From Candidatus Latescibacterota bacterium (lineage in GTDB: Bacteria > Latescibacterota > UBA2968 > UBA8231), in NCBI GenBank assembly GCA_965203175.1, contig OZ241867.1, positions 3,808,001 through 3,872,000 on the forward strand: a stretch of DNA of 64,000 nt, in the 5' to 3' direction. Below, one piece after another: positions 38,966-47,430 of this stretch. How positions within the stretch are numbered: the first letter of the stretch is position 1; every line of letters begins with the position of its first letter. A model generated the notes under the pieces. The model was not told the origin of the DNA and ran no database searches. It saw only the letters and a program-made list of their open reading frames with translations. Position numbers and translations under genes: made by a program.

Positions 38966-40390
38966 CTACGCCAGCAGGTGATGGGCCGCCCACAGGGACA
39001 GAGCCGATAGGGTGAGGGTCGGGTTGGCTGGCGAACTAGTTGGGAAGGCTCCGCCGCCCAATACCAGTAAGTTGCGGACTTGGTGGTGGATCAGGCCGCG
39101 GTCAACAATACTGTGACGCGGGTCGGTGCCCATCGGCGTGGTGCCCAAGATGTGGTTCTCGGTGGGGGAAGGTCTCGGGTCGAAGTCAATTTTTTCTACT
39201 GGCAGGGGACGCAAAAGCTCGGGCAGGGCCTCTGAGAGTGCGTCAATGCCGCGCTGGGCGTACTCCGAGTGGTTCCGGTACACGGTTTCGGGTTGGGCGG
39301 AGTCGCCAGCAGCAATGCGGACGTGGTTGTGTGGCGCGGGTAAGTCCTCAAAGAGGAATTTGAGTACTAACCGCTGCCGCCACTTGCCCCGTTCCAAGCG
39401 CAAAGTGGGCACGTTCCACGATTCAATCAGACAGCCGGCCCGCTGCGACCGGTGTGGTCCGTCGTACAACATGTACCCGTGACCGGTGATGCTGGTGCTG
39501 CCTTGGAAGTTGGCGACTCCGTCGAGGTCGATGGTGGCGGTGACGGCGACTTGCTCGTGGAGAAATTTGCCCAAGAGCGGGTGAGACAAGCCCGAGCGCA
39601 GCAGAATGTGCGGATTGAACAAGGCATTGGCTCCCAAGACCACCAACTGGCCCTGCGCCTGGGCCTCGGTGCCGTCTTTTATGTAGCGGACGCCTCGGGC
39701 CGTGCGGCCGGTGGTTTCCACGCTCTGGACCGCGGCCTCCAGTAGCAATGTAACGCGGGGGTCGGCGTAGAGATGGCCCATTTCGTTGAGGACTGTAAAC
39801 TTGGCGTCTATGGGACATAAGTGGCACACCCCGCTGGCGCAGCAGGCGGGCCGCTGAGCCGTGGCCAAGCGAGCCCGGGCCGTGGGCTGGTGAAAAAAGA
39901 GCTCTGGATAGGCTTTTTTAAGTAGCTGGTCGGGTTGGGAAAAGCGGTGGGGGGGCTGGGGATAGGGCTGGCTTCGGGGTTGGGGGGACCCATCGTCCGG
40001 CCCGGAGACGGCCATGAGCGATTCGGCTTGGCAGTAGAATTCCTCCAATTCGTCGTAGCTGAGGGGCCAGTCAGTGCCTACTCCATAGGTGGATTGCAAC
40101 GCAAAGTCACTGGGCATCATGCGCGGCGTCACCGCCCACCAGCAGTTGGAGCCTCCGCCCAGAGCCGGCGTGTAGAACCACTGTTTGCGGCGGTGGCGAT
40201 TGACAAAAGTAGCCTGGGGAGACGTGCTGGCCGGCTGGCGGTGGCGCAGTTGCCAAGCATGGGTGTCGCGGCGGCCTCGCTCTAAGACCAAGATCCGGGC
40301 ATCGGCCCGGCACCGGGCCAGATAGACCGAGAGAAAGAACGAAGAGGCAAAGCCAGTGCCCACTACAATCAGGTCGTAGTCTTGGTCCAT
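38966..40390 (-). CDS. GMC family FAD oxidoreductase
   Basis: YDLIVVGTG, LVLERG, LGGGSNCW, WPLSYDEL, Cys cluster CCASGVCHLCP, HILGTTPMG, NPTLTL. Confidence 0.88.
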   Translation of the reverse strand: MDQDYDLIVVGTGFASSFFLSVYLARCRADARILVLERGRRDTHAWQLRHRQPASTSPQATFVNRHRRKQWFYTPALGGGSNCWWAVTPRMMPSDFALQSTYGVGTDWPLSYDELEEFYCQAESLMAVSGPDDGSPQPRSQPYPQPPHRFSQPDQLLKKAYPELFFHQPTARARLATAQRPACCASGVCHLCPIDAKFTVLNEMGHLYADPRVTLLLEAAVQSVETTGRTARGVRYIKDGTEAQAQGQLVVLGANALFNPHILLRSGLSHPLLGKFLHEQVAVTATIDLDGVANFQGSTSITGHGYMLYDGPHRSQRAGCLIESWNVPTLRLERGKWRQRLVLKFLFEDLPAPHNHVRIAAGDSAQPETVYRNHSEYAQRGIDALSEALPELLRPLPVEKIDFDPRPSPTENHILGTTPMGTDPRHSIVDRGLIHHQVRNLLVLGGGAFPTSSPANPTLTLSALSLWAAHHLLA

Positions 40391-40399
40391 GCGCTGGTC

Positions 40400-41788
40400 C
40401 TAGTGGAAACAGGGCTGCCGGCCGCTGTGGGCCACGGGGCGGAAATAGAGCAATTTGCGCAACGGCCACGGGATTGGTTGCCGTAACTGCGCGTCTGGTG
40501 GGGCGCTGGGACCGGCGTGCCGCTCATAGGTAAGCGAGGTATTGGGGTGCTGTTGAAGCAAGGCGCGCACCTCAAAGAAGGGCAACATTAGTTTGCGCCG
40601 CGCCAGACTGGCCAAGAAGCCGGCCGAAGAGTCCTTTATTTCTACTAGATCTCGCTGGAAACCAAATAGTTGGACTCCAGCTGGTACCAGCAAGTGGTTA
40701 CTCTGCCCCCCCTCGGTGCGCAGGTTGGAATACATGGCAAACGCCGTCTCAGTCTTGAGCCCCAAGTAGGGACTACATCCGTTGAGGCCGGTCAGCAGAG
40801 GCACCAACAGCACAGGCCAAGGCCGGAACGAGAATGCGGGCCGCACTGGAGGCGCTTTGGCCAAGAGGACGAAAAGGAGGATCAGGGCGGCGCTGTACAG
40901 CCCCCACAAGGGAAGCACCAACTCGGCCGGTGCGGCAATCAGATCGTTCAGTGCGGCCAAAAGCCCCAATCCCACAACTACCGCGCCGACAGCGAGGAAA
41001 CTCTTACCGGAAAAAGGCATGTCCCCCCACCGCGCCGACTCAAAAAGACGCCGGGTTGGCCAGCCCGCGTCGAGGCGCAGGGAAGCAAACAAAAACAGCA
41101 AGGCAAAAATCATGGAGGAGAAATTGTAAAATTCGCTTATGGGATTAAAGCCGACCGCCGCGTGGAAGAGGAGCCCGAGCAAGATACCGGCATTGCGGGT
41201 AGGGGCCCAGCACAGCAGGAGCGGAATGGCCGCTTCGACGGCTAGGGTGAGGTAGATGGGGACCGCTCCTGCCAAGGCGAAGGGGAGCGACTGGAGTTGG
41301 GCCGCATAGAAGTGTACCGCGCAGCTTGTCTGGGGATCGAGGAAGTCGGCGTTGAGTTTGTGAAAGACGGCGAAGAAGTAGAGGATGATCAGTTCGAGCC
41401 GGACGATGGGAGCAAAGGTCCGGTACAAGGTCCCCGGCTCCACGGCGAATGTGCGCCCGGCCCACGCTAAGCGGGCGTAGGCTTGGAGAAGCGTCAAGTT
41501 CACCAGCCCGGTGAAGAGCCAGTGATTGGAGATAAAGGGAGCCGTCGTCCAGCTTTCGCACATCTGCAGGACTGCCAGCAGTACGAGGCGGTGCGGTTCG
41601 GATGGTCGGTGGAGCAGATAGAGTGCGGCGGCAGCGAGTAGGGTACTGAGCAACGGAGCCGGCCACGGGTCTTTGGCAACGAGGTGAAAAAGCGTTGCCA
41701 AACCCCAGAGGACGCAGAAGGTCGAGTACGTCTTTTGCTCGCTGGTCGGCATAGCGGCATTAAGATAGAGAATCCGATCAGCGCTCAA
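40400..41788 (-). CDS. HTTM-like multi-pass membrane protein
   Basis: SNHW, LYFFAVFHKLN.DF, LLFH...F.NFS, PYLGLKT..AFAMYSNLRTEGG.SNH. Confidence 0.55.
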   Translation of the reverse strand: MSADRILYLNAAMPTSEQKTYSTFCVLWGLATLFHLVAKDPWPAPLLSTLLAAAALYLLHRPSEPHRLVLLAVLQMCESWTTAPFISNHWLFTGLVNLTLLQAYARLAWAGRTFAVEPGTLYRTFAPIVRLELIILYFFAVFHKLNADFLDPQTSCAVHFYAAQLQSLPFALAGAVPIYLTLAVEAAIPLLLCWAPTRNAGILLGLLFHAAVGFNPISEFYNFSSMIFALLFLFASLRLDAGWPTRRLFESARWGDMPFSGKSFLAVGAVVVGLGLLAALNDLIAAPAELVLPLWGLYSAALILLFVLLAKAPPVRPAFSFRPWPVLLVPLLTGLNGCSPYLGLKTETAFAMYSNLRTEGGQSNHLLVPAGVQLFGFQRDLVEIKDSSAGFLASLARRKLMLPFFEVRALLQQHPNTSLTYERHAGPSAPPDAQLRQPIPWPLRKLLYFRPVAHSGRQPCFH

Positions 41789-43761
41789 TAGAGGGGGATG
41801 CGATTGCCCACGGTACCGGTCACGCTGTCGATGAGCAGCCAGACCCCGCCGCTGCTAATGTGGCCTAGGGCCATGCCGAGAAAGAAGGGCTGCATTCTGT
41901 GGTACGCGGCGGCCCCGCCAAAACGCAGCAGACACTTTTTGCTCAGCCAAGCCAAGAATACCGCAAACCAGATCCGCTCCATCACATAGCCGAAGCCGAC
42001 GACAAAACCGAGAGGGTGCAGGGGCCACCACAGCAAGTAGCGCCGGGCCGCTAGCAAGCCCGCCATGATTGCACCTCCGCCGCCAGTCCACAGCCAGCCC
42101 GCTAGGCTTGGCTCAGTGGGGTCGAGGAGGTGCCGGACCGCCAAGCGCGAAGGCTCGGTGGCGTAGTGCGTCGAAAGATATAGGTTGATAGCGCCGTGGC
42201 GGTAGGCCAGGTGCAGGGTGTACCACATGGACAGCACCCAAGTGAGGAGCATGGCGGCGGCCAGAGCCCAAAAGAGGCGGCGCTGACCGCTTTTTAACTC
42301 GCTGACCAAGCGCAGGCTATTGGCCAAAGGAGCCATCATAAAGACCAGCAAGTCGCCACACCACACCATGGTATAGCCCAAAGCTACCGTCCCTTGGGGT
42401 CCCAGTGCCGAAGACCCCACGCCAGACAGGGTAAAACCTGCCGGGATCATGGTCGGTTTGACAATCGGCAGGCCGGTTTCGGCGATGACGCGGGCCAAGA
42501 CGACAAAAATGGTCAGACCGACCGCTAAGACGAGCAGGGCGATCCAAGCGGGGAGGCCGGTTTGCCACAGCCAGACCCACAAGCTCGCCACGCCGATTAC
42601 AGTGCCGACTACCGCGGCTCGGAAGGACATGATCTCGCCTTGGTCATCCACCGCGTCAGTTCCATCCCAAGCGCGCTGCAGGACGGCTTTGAGATGGTGC
42701 CGAGCGTTCCACAAGACCGCACCTAGCAAGACCGCGATGGCTCCGATCATAAAGTGCCCCCTGATCGGAACGCTCCAGTGGCCCAAATCGGCTTGGCTGT
42801 GAATGCCCATAACGCCGAAGACCGCGTCTTGGAAATAGGCGATTAGATAGAATAACCACAGGCTGAGGCCGATGCTGAGATTGATGAAATAAGCCAAGCC
42901 TAACATGAGAAAATTGATGTTTAACTGGAGACTGCGGCCGCCGTCGATAGGCTGTACCGACGTAGAGAATCCCGGAATCGCCACTTGAGGAAAATAGTGA
43001 TGCAAAGCCCCCAAACTGGTAAGCGAGAAGGGGATAGAAAAACCTATCCACATGACCCAGTTCCTGAAAAATGGTTTGAGCAGATGGTCTTCCGTCCCCT
43101 CGTCAATCATAGCCAGCGGCGCTTGGGCGAGAGGATAGGCCAAGCGCTCGTAATTGACCCACTGGCGGCGCAGAATCGCGCTGATGCAGAGGAGCGTCAG
43201 GTACAAAGCCACGTAGAAGGCAAACCACGCCGCCAACGGTGGTAGCCAGTGCGCCCACGGGATGGTTGCACCGCCTTCGTAGAAGTCGGTGACGGCTTGA
43301 ACATCGTCGACCAAGATCCACCGAGGCAGCAAAGGGTGGACTTGCGCGGCCCATTGGTTTTCGGGCGAGGCGTAGTACAAGAAGCCCGTGATGATGGGCA
43401 GCAGCATACTGACCACGCCTTTGGTCGGTATGGCCGCGGCCACGGTCATCATCGTAAAAATGGTAATCAGTTCGCCATGGGTAAAAGCCCACTCGCGGCG
43501 GCAGCGGCCCAAGACTAAGTGCAGGGTCAACAACAGGACAAAGAACAGAAAAAAGGCCACCGGAGTGGCGGAGGTCAGGGCGAGGGCTGTTCCTTTGATG
43601 ATCTGCCGGGCGTAGGGAGCGCCCACGGCGATGAGCGCACACAGCAAGGAACCCACTAGGATGCCCCGCCAGGTGACGGCTGCCCGGAGGCTGTGGTGCG
43701 ACTTGGGGCCACTGCGCCGCGCCAGATAGGTCAGATAGTCCGGTGGTACCTTTGATTGCAA
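41785..43761 (-). CDS. DUF6785/DUF6784-like polytopic membrane protein, paralog 2 of 4
   Basis: Same motif set as 34993, with long near-identical blocks (LALTSATP.AFFLFFVLLLTLHLVLG, GYTMVWCGDLLVFMMAPLA, SELKSGQRRL, GNRIPLY). Confidence 0.75.
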   Translation of the reverse strand: MQSKVPPDYLTYLARRSGPKSHHSLRAAVTWRGILVGSLLCALIAVGAPYARQIIKGTALALTSATPVAFFLFFVLLLTLHLVLGRCRREWAFTHGELITIFTMMTVAAAIPTKGVVSMLLPIITGFLYYASPENQWAAQVHPLLPRWILVDDVQAVTDFYEGGATIPWAHWLPPLAAWFAFYVALYLTLLCISAILRRQWVNYERLAYPLAQAPLAMIDEGTEDHLLKPFFRNWVMWIGFSIPFSLTSLGALHHYFPQVAIPGFSTSVQPIDGGRSLQLNINFLMLGLAYFINLSIGLSLWLFYLIAYFQDAVFGVMGIHSQADLGHWSVPIRGHFMIGAIAVLLGAVLWNARHHLKAVLQRAWDGTDAVDDQGEIMSFRAAVVGTVIGVASLWVWLWQTGLPAWIALLVLAVGLTIFVVLARVIAETGLPIVKPTMIPAGFTLSGVGSSALGPQGTVALGYTMVWCGDLLVFMMAPLANSLRLVSELKSGQRRLFWALAAAMLLTWVLSMWYTLHLAYRHGAINLYLSTHYATEPSRLAVRHLLDPTEPSLAGWLWTGGGGAIMAGLLAARRYLLWWPLHPLGFVVGFGYVMERIWFAVFLAWLSKKCLLRFGGAAAYHRMQPFFLGMALGHISSGGVWLLIDSVTGTVGNRIPLY

Positions 43762-43791
43762 GTGATCAACTCCGGCCCGATGGTCCGATCC

Positions 43792-45606
43792 TCAAGGCTC
43801 CGACCTAGGATCGGCTCCCACTGCTTGCAGGGCCGAGGCGAGATTGGAACGGGCTTGGCGATAGGTGGGTTTGAGTTGGAGGGCGCGGCGGTAGTGTTCG
43901 ATGGCCTCTGCGAACTGACCTCGGAGGGCTAGGAGCCGCCCCAAATTGTTGTGCGCCTCGGCAAAGTCGGGTTTGAGTTGGAGGGCACGGCGGTAGTGTT
44001 CGATGGCTTCCGCGTCCCGTCGTTGGATCGCCAAGGCCGCGCCCAGATTGCTGTGGGCCAGAGCGAGGTCGGGTGCCAGTCGGAGCGCTTGCCGGTAGCG
44101 TTCGATGGCTTCTGAGACCGCGTTTTGGCCGAGGAGGGCGTTGCCCAACTTGAGGTAGGTTTCGACGCGGTCTGGCTCGGTTTTTAAGGCGCGGCGGTAG
44201 TGGCGCAGTGCGGCGGCGGACTCGCCCCGGGCTTGGTGGGCGTCGGCGAGGTTGAGGTGAATTTGGGAGCTCCTGGGCTTTAGCAACAGAGCTTGCCGGT
44301 AATGGCCGATGGCTTGGTCGAGCTGGTCGCGCTCTTTGAGGATATTGGCGAGATTGTTGTGAGCGATCCAAGCGCCAGCGTTTTTTTGCAAGGTATCGCG
44401 CCACAAGGTTTCCAGATCGGCATAGACCTGCCCTTGCCGCCAAGTGAGCAGACCGCAGACGGCCAAGACCAACGCCAGTGCGACTGGTCCGGCCGCCGGC
44501 TGACCCAGGCGCGTCCACGCGCGGTGTCCACCGGCGGCGGCCAGCGCTAAAAGCCCCAGACTGGCCAAGTATTGGAAGTGGTCGGCGACAAAGGAGTAGA
44601 GCATGGGGTAGAAGTTGAAAAAGCCCAGTGCTGGCGTTAGGGTACCGGCAAAAAACAACACCCCGGTCAACGGCCCCCGCCCCAGGCGCTTCCGAAAGGC
44701 CCACAGCAGCGCCCCGACGCCCAAGGCTCCGACCGGATAGACATATTGCCAGAGCGCGGTCGCGTCGATTTCCCAGCGGGGATAGATAAACGCAAGGTTG
44801 AGCGGCACGAGGAGTTTCGCCGCGTAAAACCACAGCGCCCGCCCGGCGATCAGGCCGCGCTCCACCAGCGACAAGTCCCACTCTGGCCCCCAAGCGCCGA
44901 CGCTGTGCTTTTCCATCCACACCGTCACCCCGCTCATGGCCACCCCTAGAGCTAAAAAAGGCGAGAGAGCTACTGCCGTGCGCTGCATGGGCGTTTGGCC
45001 TTTCCACCACAGTACCAATAAAAGGGCGGCCGGTAGGGTGCAGGTGACGGTCTTGCTGAGCAGGGCCGCGGCAAAAAGGAACAAGGCGGCCCAGTACAAA
45101 CGAGGGCTGCGCGCTTCTTCGTAGCGCAGATAGGCCCATGCCGCACTCAGATAGAACGCGCCGGACAATGTATTCTTGCGTTCGGTAATCCACGCCACCG
45201 ACTCGACGTGTACTGGATGCAGGGCAAACAGGGCGGCAGCAGCCCACGCGCCGGGTACTTGTAGTCGGATTAGCAGTCGCCAGACCAAAACGGCACTTAG
45301 GGCGTGCAGTAGTACATTGACCACGTGGTAGCCGGTCGGGTTCAAGCCCCACAGACGGTATTCGAGCCAATAGGTCGTATGGACCAGCGGGTAGTATTGG
45401 CGCGTGGCCCCCGGCTGGAACCAGATCTGCCCAAGCCCTTCTAGCGAGCGCAGGGTGAGATTGTCCTGCACGTAGTCGTCGTCGTCCCAGATAAAACCGC
45501 CGTTCATCGCCGGTATATAGGCCCCGGCGGTCAGCCCCACCAGCAGGAGAGCCGACACGAGCCAAGTGCGGCGGTCTGGTTGGGAGGAAACTGCGGATGG
45601 GCACAT
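43792..45606 (-). CDS. TMTC-like (GT105-type) membrane glycosyltransferase with C-terminal TPRs
   Basis: FIWDDDDY, YYPL, GYHVVNVLLH, LFALHPVHVESVAWITERK, ALLSK, ADHFQYL, LWRDTL..N; about 5 TPRs. Confidence 0.85.
   Translation of the reverse strand: MCPSAVSSQPDRRTWLVSALLLVGLTAGAYIPAMNGGFIWDDDDYVQDNLTLRSLEGLGQIWFQPGATRQYYPLVHTTYWLEYRLWGLNPTGYHVVNVLLHALSAVLVWRLLIRLQVPGAWAAAALFALHPVHVESVAWITERKNTLSGAFYLSAAWAYLRYEEARSPRLYWAALFLFAAALLSKTVTCTLPAALLLVLWWKGQTPMQRTAVALSPFLALGVAMSGVTVWMEKHSVGAWGPEWDLSLVERGLIAGRALWFYAAKLLVPLNLAFIYPRWEIDATALWQYVYPVGALGVGALLWAFRKRLGRGPLTGVLFFAGTLTPALGFFNFYPMLYSFVADHFQYLASLGLLALAAAGGHRAWTRLGQPAAGPVALALVLAVCGLLTWRQGQVYADLETLWRDTLQKNAGAWIAHNNLANILKERDQLDQAIGHYRQALLLKPRSSQIHLNLADAHQARGESAAALRHYRRALKTEPDRVETYLKLGNALLGQNAVSEAIERYRQALRLAPDLALAHSNLGAALAIQRRDAEAIEHYRRALQLKPDFAEAHNNLGRLLALRGQFAEAIEHYRRALQLKPTYRQARSNLASALQAVGADPRSEP
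43867..44007. repeat. 39-bp direct repeat (1 mismatch) at 102-bp spacing inside the TPR region
   Basis: GGGTTTGAGTTGGAGGGC(G/A)CGGCGGTAGTGTTCGATGGC at 43867-43905 and 43969-44007; encodes AIEHYRRALQLKP twice. Confidence 0.9.
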
Positions 45607-45665
45607 GGGAGGCTTTGGCGTTGGGCGTATTGCGGCGGGGGGACCTTGTGCCTTACAATATAATC

Positions 45666-46817
45666 ATGCGCACCTGCTTGAAAATAGGCTCCAGCCTGCT
45701 GCTGGCCGCTCTCTTAGGGATACTGGCTTGTGGAGATCGCCGCACGGTTCCCACAGGAACTGAGGAGGCCGGCGCTGTCGTGCTGCTGACCGCTAAGGTG
45801 GATGCTGAAGTGGCCGCTAGGCTCGCTCAGGTCGAGGTGACGGTCACTGCGGCTGATATGCCAGCCATGCGCCAGCCATTGGCCCTGGATGGGGATCGGA
45901 TCGTCGGGACCGTCTCCGAGATTCCGGCGGGTGCCGCCAGACTATTTACGGTGACTGGCTATGATGCGACCGGAGCCTTGGTGGCCAGTGGTTCGGCCAA
46001 GCTGGACCTATCCCCAGGGCAGTCCGTTCCCCTCGGTCTTACCCTCGCTATTAAGGCGTCGCCTTCCCACTCGCAACCCCCAATTACCGTAGAGTTGGCC
46101 CCGGGCGTGCCGCTGGATATGGTGTGGATCGAGCCGGGTGTCTTCACCATGGGTTCGCCGCTGGACGAGCCGGGCCGCAACGACGACGAAGGTCCTCAGC
46201 TCGAGGTTCGCCTGACTCAGGGTTTTTACCTGAGTCAGTGCGAAATCACCCAGAGCCAGTGGACGGCTGTGACTGGGGAGCGGCCGTGGAGCCGCCACGC
46301 CGATGAGGTGGAAGAGGGACCCGACCGCCCGGCCGTGTACATCTCTTGGGAAGATGCGCAAGAATTTATAGCTAGCCTCAATGCCACAGCCGGTGGCCAG
46401 GTGTACCGGCTGCCTACCGAAGCCGAGTGGGAGTACGCGGGGCGGGCGGGCACGAAGACGCCGTGGTCTTTTGGCAAAGCTGAAAAAGAACTAGACCTCC
46501 ACGCTTGGTGGACGGACAATATTTCTCTTACCGGGCGGATGGCCGCGCAGCCAGTGGGGTTAAAAACGCCCAATCCTTGGGGGCTTTACGATATGCACGG
46601 CAATGTGTGGGAGTGGGTAGGCGACTGGTTGGGAGCCTACCCGGAGGGGCCGCTGACCGATCCCCAAGGGCCGACCGAAGGCACGGCGCGGGTATTTCGC
46701 GGCGGCAGCTTTAAAGACGCGGCTGCGCTTTCCCGCTCGGCGCAGCGCTGCTGGAACGCGCCCGATCAGCGTTTTAGCCATATTGGGGTTCGGCTAGTGC
46801 TGGACTCGGACTTATGA
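45666..46817 (+). CDS. Lipoprotein with N-terminal Ig-like region and FGE-sulfatase (SUMF1) fold domain
   Basis: ATG at 45666; lipobox ILAC; FTMGS, EITQSQW, ISWEDA, YRLPTEAEWEYAGRAG, PNPWGLYDMHGNVWEW, RGGS, IGVRLV. Confidence 0.88.
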   Translation: MRTCLKIGSSLLLAALLGILACGDRRTVPTGTEEAGAVVLLTAKVDAEVAARLAQVEVTVTAADMPAMRQPLALDGDRIVGTVSEIPAGAARLFTVTGYDATGALVASGSAKLDLSPGQSVPLGLTLAIKASPSHSQPPITVELAPGVPLDMVWIEPGVFTMGSPLDEPGRNDDEGPQLEVRLTQGFYLSQCEITQSQWTAVTGERPWSRHADEVEEGPDRPAVYISWEDAQEFIASLNATAGGQVYRLPTEAEWEYAGRAGTKTPWSFGKAEKELDLHAWWTDNISLTGRMAAQPVGLKTPNPWGLYDMHGNVWEWVGDWLGAYPEGPLTDPQGPTEGTARVFRGGSFKDAAALSRSAQRCWNAPDQRFSHIGVRLVLDSDL

Positions 46818-47203
46818 GCGAAGTCACGCTGGGCCAGCTCACCGCCGAGATTCGCCGCTTCGTGGAAGAGCGCGACTGGGCGCAATTCCACACCCCCAAG
46901 GACTTGGCCATTGGTCTTTCGACTGAAGCGGCCGAAGTCTTGGAGCACTTCCGCTTCCGCTCCGACCAAGAGATCGCCACTCGCTTAGAAGACGAAACCT
47001 TCCGCCGGACTATCGGCCACGAATTGGCCGACGCGCTGTACTTTGTCCTGCTTATGTGCGACCGCTTCGGCTTGGACGCCGCGCAAATGCTGGAGGAGAA
47101 ATTGGCCATTTCGGCTCAGCGCTATCCAGTGGAAAAGGCCCGAGGCAAAAACCTCAAATACACCGCCTACCAAGTTCCCTCAGCAAGCGACCATACCCCA
47201 TAG
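46814..47203 (+). CDS. MazG-like nucleotide pyrophosphohydrolase (DCTPP1/RS21-C6 type)
   Basis: FVEERDWAQFHTPKDLAIGLSTEAAEVLEHF, ELAD, RYPVEKARG..KY. Confidence 0.9.
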   Translation: MSEVTLGQLTAEIRRFVEERDWAQFHTPKDLAIGLSTEAAEVLEHFRFRSDQEIATRLEDETFRRTIGHELADALYFVLLMCDRFGLDAAQMLEEKLAISAQRYPVEKARGKNLKYTAYQVPSASDHTP

Positions 47204-47352
47204 AGAAGACGGTGAATCTGTCTTTAGTGGGTAGGCGTAAAGCAGTACGCGTTGCCGAAGGAGACGCGCAATCGGGAGTGGTTTTCGTAGGACCGCGGAT
47301 TGTAGGAGCGAACTAAGTACACGACAGTAAGCTAAGCTGTAGCATAGCCCCG

Positions 47353-47396
47353 AGTTAGGTTTATTTGTAGTCGCCTAAGGTCAAATAAACCTAACT
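47353..47396. repeat. Perfect 15-bp AT-rich inverted repeat with 14-nt spacer
   Basis: AGTTAGGTTTATTTG (47353-47367) / CAAATAAACCTAACT (47382-47396). Confidence 0.9.
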
Positions 47397-47430
47397 GCTT
47401 TCCTCTCTGGAGTCGGATCGCAACTTGACT

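Noticed and set aside
43805-45604. 599-codon alternative-frame ORF on the same strand as the TMTC-like gene
   Set aside because: Arg/Pro/Gly-rich with no motifs, and fully nested in a well-supported CDS; best explained as a stop-poor shadow frame of GC-rich codon usage.
47353-47396. Integron attC reading of the palindrome (contains GTTAGGT and ACCTAAC)
   Set aside because: The core sites are in the wrong order for attC (which runs RYYYAAC...GTTRRRY), the element is too short, it is single-copy here, and no IntI is present.
46600-47430. Possible diversity-generating retroelement targeting the FGE-fold protein
   Set aside because: No reverse transcriptase and no second copy of the 3' region differing at adenines was seen in the window.
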